Origin: Auanema rhodensis
Lineage: Eukaryota > Animalia > Nematoda
NCBI GenBank assembly: GCA_964057225.1
Contig: CAXKVF010000073.1
Coordinates: 1,337,252-1,401,251 of the forward strand
DNA: 64,000 bases
Direction: 5' to 3'
Below are positions 54,558 to 64,000 of this stretch, one piece after another. The stretch's first letter is position 1. Every line of letters starts with the position of its first letter. A model generated the notes under the pieces. It searched no databases. It was not told the DNA's origin and was given only the letters and a program-made list of their open reading frames with translations. Both the position numbers and the translations under genes were made by a program.

Positions 54558-54584
54558 TCTTTAAGTTTCAGCTTTGCAACCATA
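54114..54584 (-). pseudogene. 18S rRNA: Internal fragment of eukaryotic 18S (SSU) rRNA gene, ~471 bp from the 3' half, inserted in the satellite
   Basis: Reverse-complemented universal SSU motifs are present: CCGTCAATTTCTTTAAGTTTCAGC, CGTGTTGAGTCAAATTAAGCCGCAGGCTCCACTCCTGGTGGTGCCC, CTAAGAACGGCCATGCACCACC, GACATCTAAGGGCATCACAGACCTGTTAT, GTGTAGCGCGCGTGCAGCCC. The fragment is truncated at both ends. Confidence 0.97.
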
Positions 54585-57500
54585 TAAATTAAAGTTCACG
54601 TAAATTTCAAAGTCATGGTTACCATGCACCAATATCAATAAAAATTTGTTTTTAGACTAATATGGACATGGGGAATCAAATTTTGAAAACCGCATCTCTT
54701 TATCTTTCACGTGAAGCGAGTTACATATCAAGTGCACATCACGTGTACATTTAATTAGCATAAATTAAAGTTCACGTAAATTTCAAAGTCATGGTTACCA
54801 TGAACCAATATCAATAAAAATTTGTTTTTTGACTAATATGGACATGGGGAATCTAATTTTGAAAACCGCATCTCTTTATCTTTCACGTGAAGCGAGTTAC
54901 ATACCAAGTGCACATCACGTGTACATTTAATTAGCATAAATTAAAGTTCACGTAAATTTCAAAGTCATGGTTACCATGAACCAATATCAATAAAAATTTG
55001 TTTTTTGACTAATATGGACATGGGGAATCTAATTTTGAAAACCGCATCTCTTTATCTTTCACGTGAAGCGAGTTACATACCAAGTGCACATCACGTGTAC
55101 ATTTAATTAGCATAAATTAAAGTTCACGTAAATTTCAAAGTCATGGTTACCATGCACCAATATCAATAAAAATTTGTTTTTAGACTAATATGGACATGAG
55201 GAATCAAATTTTGAAAACCGCATCTCTTTATCTTTCACGTGAAGCGAGTTACATACCAAGTGCACATCACGTGTACATTTAATTAGCATAAATTAAAGTT
55301 CACGTAAATTTCAAAGTCATGGTTACCATGAACCAATATCAATAAAAATTTGTTTTTTGACTAATATGGACATGGGGAATCTAATTTTGAAAACCGCATC
55401 TCTTTATCTTTCACGTGAAGCGAGTTACATACCAAGTGCACATCACGTGTACATTTAATTAGCATAAATTAAAGTTCACGTAAATTTCAAAGTCATGGTT
55501 ACCATGCACCAATATCAATAAAAATTTGTTTTTAGACTAATATGGACATGAGGAATCTAATTTTGAAAACCGCATCTCTTTATCTTTCACGTGAAGCGAG
55601 TTACATACCAAGTGCACATCACGTGTACATTTAATTAGCATAAATTAAAGTTCACGTAAATTTCAAAGTCATGGTTACCATGCACCAATATCAATAAAAA
55701 TTTGTTTTTAGACTAATATGGACATGGGGAATCAAATTTTGAAAACCGCATCTCTTTATCTTTCACGTGAAGCGAGTTACATACCAAGTGCACATCACGT
55801 GTACATTTAATTAGCATAAATTAAAGTTCACGTAAATTTCAAAGTCATGGTTACCATGAACCAATATCAATAAAAATTTGTTTTTTGACTAATATGGACA
55901 TGGGGAATCTAATTTTGAAAACCGCATCTCTTTATCTTTCACGTGAAGCGAGTTACATACCAAGTGCACATCACGTGTACATTTAATTAGCATAAATTAA
56001 AGTTCACGTAAATTTCAAAGTCATGGTTACCATGCACCAATATCAATAAAAATTTGTTTTTAGACTAATATGGACATGAGGAATCTAAATTTGAAAACCG
56101 CATCTCTTTATCTTTCACGTGAAACGAGTTACATACCAAGTGCACATCACGTGTACATTTAATTAGCATAAATTAAAGTTCACGTAAATTTCAAAGTCAT
56201 GGTTACCATGAACCAATATCAATAAAAATTTGTTTTTTGACTAATATGGACATGGGGAATCTAATTTTGAAAACCGCATCTCTTTATCTTTCACGTGAAG
56301 CGAGTTACATACCAAGTGCACATCACGTGTACATTTAATTAGCATAAATTAAAGTTCACGTAAATTTCAAAGTCATGGTTACCATGCACCAATATCAATA
56401 AAAATTTGTTTTTTGACTAATATGGACATGGGGAATCTAATTTTGAAAACCGCATCTCTTTATCTTTCACGTGAAGTGAGTTACATACCAAGTGCACATC
56501 ACGTGTACATTTAATTAGCATAAATTAAAGTTCACGTAAATTTCAAAGTCATGGTTACCATGCACCAATATCAATAAAAATTTGTTTTTTGACTAATATG
56601 GACATGGGGAATCTAATTTTGAAAACCGCATCTCTTTATCTTTCACGTGAAGCGAGTTACATACCAAGTGCACATCACGTGTACATTTAATTAGCATAAA
56701 TTAAAGTTCACGTAAATTTCAAAGTCATGGTTACCATGCACCAATATCAATAAAAATTTGTTTTTTGACTAATATGGACATGGGGAATCTAATTTTGAAA
56801 ACCGCATCTCTTTATCTTTCACGTGAAGTGAGTTACATACCAAGTGCACATCACGTGTACATTTAATTAGCATAAATTAAAGTTCACGTAAATTTCAAAG
56901 TCATGGTTACCATGCACCAATATCAATAAAAATTTGTTTTTAGACTAATATGGACATGGGGAATCTAATTTTGAAAACCGCATCTCTTTATCTTTCACGT
57001 GAAGCGAGTTACATACCAAGTGCACATCACGTGTACATTTAATTAGCATAAATTAAAGTTCACGTAAATTTCAAAGTCATGGTTACCATGCACCAATATC
57101 AATAAAAATTTGTTTTTAGACTAATATGGACATGAGGAATCTAAATTTGAAAACCGCATCTCTTTATCTTTCACGTGAAACGAGTTACATACCAAGTGCA
57201 CATCACGTGTACATTTAATTAGCATAAATTAAAGTTCACGTAAATTTCAAAGTCATGGTTACCATGCACCAATATCAATAAAAATTTGTTTTTTGACTAA
57301 TATGGACATGGGGAATCTAATTTTGAAAACCGCATCTCTTTATCTTTCACGTGAAACGAGTTACATACCAAGTGCACATCACGTGTACATTTAATTAGCA
57401 TAAATTAAAGTTCACGTAAATTTCAAAGTCATGGTTACCATGCACCAATATCAATAAAAATTTGTTTTTTGACTAATATGGACATGGGGAATCTAATTTT

Positions 57501-60500
57501 GAAAACCGCATCTCTTTATCTTTCACGTGAAGCGAGTTACATACCAAGTGCACATCACGTGTACATTTAATTAGCATAAATTAAAGTTCACGTAAATTTC
57601 AAAGTCATGGTTACCATGCACCAATATCAATAAAAATTTGTTTTTTGACTAATATGGACATGAGGAATCTAATTTTGAAAACCGCATCTCTTTATCTTTC
57701 ACGTGAAGCGAGTTACATACCAAGTGCACATCACGTGTACATTTAATTAGCATAAATTAAAGTTCACGTAAATTTCAAAGTCATGGTTACCATGCACCAA
57801 TATCAATAAAAATTTGTTTTTAGACTAATATGGACATGAGGAATCTAAATTTGAAAACCGCATCTCTTTATCTTTCACGTGAAACGAGTTACATACCAAG
57901 TGCACATCACGTGTACATTTAATTAGCATAAATTAAAGTTCACGTAAATTTCAAAGTCATGGTTACCATGAACCAATATCAATAAAAATTTGTTTTTTGA
58001 CTAATATGGACATGGGGAATCTAATTTTGAAAACCGCATCTCTTTATCTTTCACGTGAAGCGAGTTACATACCAAGTGCACATCACGTGTACATTTAATT
58101 AGCATAAATTAAAGTTCACGTAAATTTCAAAGTCATGGTTACCATGCACCAATATCAATAAAAATTTGTTTTTAGACTAATATGGACATGAGGAATCTAA
58201 TTTTGAAAACCGCATCTCTTTATCTTTCACGTGAAGCGAGTTACATACCAAGTGCACATCACGTGTACATTTAATTAGCATAAATTAAAGTTCACGTAAA
58301 TTTCAAAGTCATGGTTACCATGCACCAATATCAATAAAAATTTGTTTTTTGACTAATATGGACATGGGGAATCTAATTTTGAAAACCGCATCTCTTTATC
58401 TTTCACGTGAAGTGAGTTACATACCAAGTGCACATCACGTGTACATTTAATTAGCATAAATTAAAGTTCACGTAAATTTCAAAGTCATGGTTACCATGCA
58501 CCAATATCAATAAAAATTTGTTTTTTGACTAATATGGACATGGGGAATCTAATTTTGAAAACCGCATCTCTTTATCTTTCACGTGAAGCGAGTTACATAC
58601 CAAGTGCACATCACGTGTACATTTAATTAGCATAAATTAAAGTTCACGTAAATTTCAAAGTCATGGTTACCATGCACCAATATCAATAAAAATTTGTTTT
58701 TTGACTAATATGGACATGGGGAATCTAATTTTGAAAACCGCATCTCTTTATCTTTCACGTGAAGTGAGTTACATACCAAGTGCACATCACGTGTACATTT
58801 AATTAGCATAAATTAAAGTTCACGTAAATTTCAAAGTCATGGTTACCATGCACCAATATCAATAAAAATTTGTTTTTTGACTAATATGGACATGAGGAAT
58901 CTAATTTTGAAAACCGCATCTCTTTATCTTTCACGTGAAGCGAGTTACATACCAAGTGCACATCACGTGTACATTTAATTAGCATAAATTAAAGTTCACG
59001 TAAATTTCAAAGTCATGGTTACCATGCACCAATATCAATAAAAATTTGTTTTTAGACTAATATGGACATGAGGAATCTAATTTTGAAAACCGCATCTCTT
59101 TATCTTTCACGTGAAGCGAGTTACATACCAAGTGCACATCACGTGTACATTTAATTAGCATAAATTAAAGTTCATGTAAATTTCAAAGTCATGGTTACCA
59201 TGCACCAATATCAATAAAAATTTGTTTTTAGACTAATATGGACATGAGGAATCTAATTTTGAAAACCGCATCTCTTTATCTTTCACGTGAAGCGAGTTAC
59301 ATACCAAGTGCACATCACGTGTACATTTAATTAGCATAAATTAAAGTTCACGTAAATTTCAAAGTCATGGTTACCATGAACCAATATCAATAAAAATTTG
59401 TTTTTAGACTAATATGGACATGGGGAATCTAATTTTGAAAACCGCATCTCTTTATCTTTCACGTGAAGCGAGTTACATACCAAGTGCACATCACGTGTAC
59501 ATTTAATTAGCATAAATTAAAGTTCACGTAAATTTCAAAGTCATGATTACCATGCACCAATATCAATAAAAATTTGTTTTTAGACTAATATGGACATGGG
59601 GAATCTAATTTTGAAAACCGCATCTCTTTATCTTTCACGTGAAGCGAGTTACATACCAAGTGCACATCACGTGTACATTTAATTAGCATAAATTAAAGTT
59701 CACGTAAAATTCAAAGTCATGGTTACAATGCACCAATATCAATAAAAATTTGTTTTTAGACTAATATGGACATGGGGAATCTAATTTTGAAAACCGCATC
59801 TCTTTATCTTTCACGTGAAGCGAGTTACATACCAAGTGCACATCACGTGTACATTTAATTAGCATAAATTAAAGTTCACGTAAATTTCAAAGTCATGGTT
59901 ACCATGCACCAATATCAATAAAAATTTGTTTTTAGACTAATATGGACATGGGGAATCTAATTTTGAAAACCGCATCTCTTTATCTTTCACGTGAAGCGAG
60001 TTACATACCAAGTGCACATCACGTGTACATTTAATTAGCATAAATTAAAGTTCACGTAAATTTCAAAGTCATGGTTACCATGCACCAATATCAATAAAAA
60101 TTTGTTTTTAGACTAATATGGACATGGGGAATATAATTTTGAAAACCGCATCTCTTTATCTTTCACGTGAAGCGAGTTACATACCAAGTGCACATCACGT
60201 GTACATTTAATTAGCATAAATTAAAGTTCACGTAAATTTCAAAGTCATGGTTACCATGAACCAATATCAATAAAAATTTGTTTTTAGACTAATATGGACA
60301 TGGGGAATATAATTTTGAAAACCGCATCTCTTTATCTTTCACGTGAAGCGAGTTACATACCAAGTGCACATCACGTGTACATTTAATTTGCATAAATTAA
60401 AGTTCACGTAAATTTCAAAGTCATGGTTACCATGCACCAATATCAATAAAAATTTGTTTTTAGACTAATATGGACATGGGGAATCTAATTTTGAAAACCG

Positions 60501-63500
60501 CATCTCTTTATCTTTCACGTGAAGCGAGTTACATACCAAGTGCACATCACGTGTACATTTAATTAGCATAAATTAAAGTTCACGTAAATTTCAAAGTCAT
60601 GGTTACCATGAACCAATATCAATAAAAATTTGTTTTTAGACTAATATGGACATGGGGAATATAATTTTGAAAACCGCATCTCTTTATCTTTCACGTGAAG
60701 CGAGTTACATACCAAGTGCACATCACGTGTACATTTAATTAGCATAAATTAAAGTTCACGTAAATTTCAAAGTCATGGTTACCATGCACCAATATCAATA
60801 AAAATTTGTTTTTAGACTAATATGGACATGGGGAATCTAATTTTGAAAACCGCATCTCTTTATCTTTCACGTGAAGCGAGTTACATACCAAGTGCACATC
60901 ACGTGTACATTTAATTTGCATAAATTAAAGTTCACGTAAATTTCAAAGTCATGGTTACCATGCACCAATATCAATAAAAATTTGTTTTTAGACTAATATG
61001 GACATGGGGAATCTAATTTTGAAAACCGCATCTCTTTATCTTTCACGTGAAGCGAGTTACATACCAAGTGCACATCACGTGTACATTTAATTAGCATAAA
61101 TTAAAGTTCACGTAAATTTCAAAGTCATGGTTACCATGAACCAATATCAATAAAAATTTGTTTTTAGACTAATATGGACATGGGGAATATAATTTTGAAA
61201 ACCGCATCTCTTTATCTTTCACGTGAAGCGAGTTACATACCAAGTGCACATCACGTGTACATTTAATTAGCATAAATTAAAGTTCACGTAAATTTCAAAG
61301 TCATGGTTACCATGCACCAATATCAATAAAAATTTGTTTTTAGACTAATATGGACATGGGGAATCTAATTTTGAAAACCGCATCTCTTTATCTTTCACGT
61401 GAAGCGAGTTACATACCAAGTGCACATCACGTGTACATTTAATTAGCATAAATTAAAGTTCACGTAAATTTCAAAGTCATGGTTACCATGCACCAATATC
61501 AATAAAAATTTGTTTTTAGACTAATATGGACATGGGGAATCTAATTTTGAAAACCGCATCTCTTTATCTTTCACGTGAAGCGAGTTACATACCAAGTGCA
61601 CATCACGTGTACATTTAATTAGCATAAATTAAAGTTCACGTAAAATTCAAAGTCATGGTTACCATGCACCAATATCAATAAAATTTGTTTTTAGACTAAT
61701 ATGGACATGGGGAATCTAATTTTGAAAACCGCATCTCTTTATCTTTCACGTGAAGCGAGTTACATACCAAGTGCACATCACGTGTACATTTAATTAGCAT
61801 AAATTAAAGTTCACGTAAATTTCAAAGTCATGGTTACCATGAACCAATATCAATAAAAATTTGTTTTTAGACTAATATGGACATGGGGAATCTAATTTTG
61901 AAAACCGCATCTCTTTATCTTTCACGTGAAGCGAGTTACATACCAAGTGCACATCACGTGTACATTTAATTAGCATAAATTAAAGTTCACGTAAATTCAA
62001 AGTCATGGTTACCATGCACCAATATCAATAAAAATTTGTTTTTAGACTAATATGGACATGGGGAATCTAATTTTGAAAACCGCATCTCTTTATCTTTCAC
62101 GTGAAGCGAGTTACATACCAAGTGCACATCACGTGTACATTTAATTAGCATAAATTAAAGTTCACGTAAAATTCAAAGTCATGAGTTACCATGCACCAAT
62201 ATCAATAAAAATTTGTTTTTAGACTAATATGGACATGGGGAATCTAATTTTGAAAACCGCATCTCTTTATCTTTCACGTGAAGCGAGTTACATACCAAGT
62301 GCACATCACGTGTACATTTAATTAGCATAAATTAAAGTTCACGTAAAATTCAAAGTCATGGTTACCATGCACCAATATCAATAAAAATTTGTTTTTAGAC
62401 TAATATGGACATGGGGAATCTAATTTTGAAAACCGCATCTCTTTATCTTTCACGTGAAGCGAGTTACATACCAAGTGCACATCACGTGTACATTTAATTA
62501 GCATAAATTAAAGTTCACGTAAAATTCAAAGTCATGGTTACCATGCACCAATATCAATAAAAATTTGTTTTTAGACTAATATGGACATGGGGAATCTAAT
62601 TTTGAAAACCGCATCTCTTTATCTTTCACGTGAAGCGAGTTACATACCAAGTGCACATCACGTGTACATTTAATTAGCATAAATTAAAGTTCACGTAAAT
62701 TTCAAAGTCATGGTTACCATGCACCAATATCAATAAAAATTTGTTTTTAGACTAATATGGACATGGGGAATCTAATTTTGAAACCGCATCTCTTTATCTT
62801 TCACGTGAAGCGAGTTACATACCAAGTGCACATCACGTGTACATTTAATTAGCATAAATTAAAGTTCACGTAAATTTCAAAGTCATGGTTACCATGAACC
62901 AATATCAATAAAAATTTGTTTTTAGACTAATATGGACATGGGGAATCTAATTTTGAAAACCGCATCTCTTTATCTTTCACGTGAAGCGAGTTACATACCA
63001 AGTGCACATCACGTGTACATTTAATTAGCATAAATTAAAGTTCACGTAAATTTCAAAGTCATGGTTACCATGCACCAATATCAATAAAAATTTGTTTTTA
63101 GACTAATATGGACATGGGGAATCTAATTTTGAAAACCGCATCTCTTTATCTTTCACGTGAAGCGAGTTACATACCAAGTGCACATCACGTGTACATTTAA
63201 TTAGCATAAATTAAAGTTCACGTAAATTTCAAAGTCATGGTTACCATGCACCAATATCAATAAAAATTTGTTTTTAGACTAATATGGACATGGGGAATCT
63301 AATTTTGAAAACCGCATCTCTTTATCTTTCACGTGAAGCGAGTTACATACCAAGTGCACATCACGTGTACATTTAATTAGCATAAATTAAAGTTCACGTA
63401 AATTTCAAAGTCATGGTTACCATGCACCAATATCAATAAAAATTTGTTTTTAGACTAATATGGACATGGGGAATCTAATTTTGAAAACCGCATCTCTTTA

Positions 63501-64000
63501 TCTTTCACGTGAAGCGAGTTACATACCAAGTGCACATCACGTGTACATTTAATTAGCATAAATTAAAGTTCACGTAAATTTCAAAGTCATGGGTTACCAT
63601 GCACCAATATCAATAAAAATTTGTTTTTAGACTAATATGGACATGGGGAATCTAATTTTGAAAACCGCATCTCTTTATCTTTCACGTGAAGCGAGTTACA
63701 TACCAAGTGCACATCACGTGTACATTTAATTAGCATAAATTAAAGTTCACGTAAATTTCAAAGTCATGGTTACCATGCACCAATATCAATAAAAATTTGT
63801 TTTTAGACTAATATGGACATGGGGGAATCTAATTTTTGAAAACCGCATCTCTTTATCTTTCACGTGAAGCGAGTTACATACCAAGTGCACATCACGTGTA
63901 CATTTAATTAGCATAAATTAAAGTTCACGTAAAATTCAAAGTCATGATTACCATGCACCAATATCAATAAAAATTTGTTTTTAGACTAATATGGACATGG
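54585..64000. repeat. 176-bp satellite, right block (~53 monomers, runs off window end) with a distinct variant profile
   Basis: Monomer starts are at 54660 + n x 176, in the same orientation. The block is enriched in GCACC, TTTTTTGAC and ATGAGG variants, with single-base indels after ~61680. Confidence 0.99.

Noticed and set aside
54114-54584. Functional rDNA unit or R-element-type rDNA target for the LINE
   Set aside because: This is only an internal 18S piece with no ITS, 5.8S or 28S. The LINE is inserted in satellite 1.8 kb away, not in the rRNA sequence.
61680-64000. Cluster of single-base indels (~61681, 61996, 62184, 62781, 63591, 63821-63840) as array-edge decay
   Set aside because: Almost all are homopolymer length changes that are not shared between monomers. 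They are more likely low-coverage long-read consensus errors, although this needs read data to settle.

Overview
Eukaryotic satellite-DNA window. About 92% is a head-to-tail array of a 176-bp monomer (~32% GC, dyad-rich) with very few substitutions, organised into successive local higher-order duplications (5- to 20-mers). Three events interrupt the array within ~7 kb. (1) An apparently full-length, intact CR1-like non-LTR retrotransposon on the minus strand (47629-52326, 3-bp TTA duplication). It has a coiled-coil/RRM-type ORF1 and an APE-endonuclease + RT ORF2. (2) A templated-insertion repair scar (52838-52857). (3) A ~471-bp internal fragment of 18S rRNA (minus strand, nematode-like signatures) replacing ~44 bp of a monomer. 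The most notable observation concerns the LINE. ORF2 has no AUG upstream of its endonuclease domain and lies in the +1 frame. ORF1 ends exactly in UCC_UUU_CGU_UAA, the +1 ribosomal frameshift motif known from influenza A PA-X. This predicts an ORF1-ORF2 fusion protein of ~1296 aa. The element's 5' end is a ragged sixfold repeat of a 17-21-bp unit containing an Initiator-like TCAGTT.
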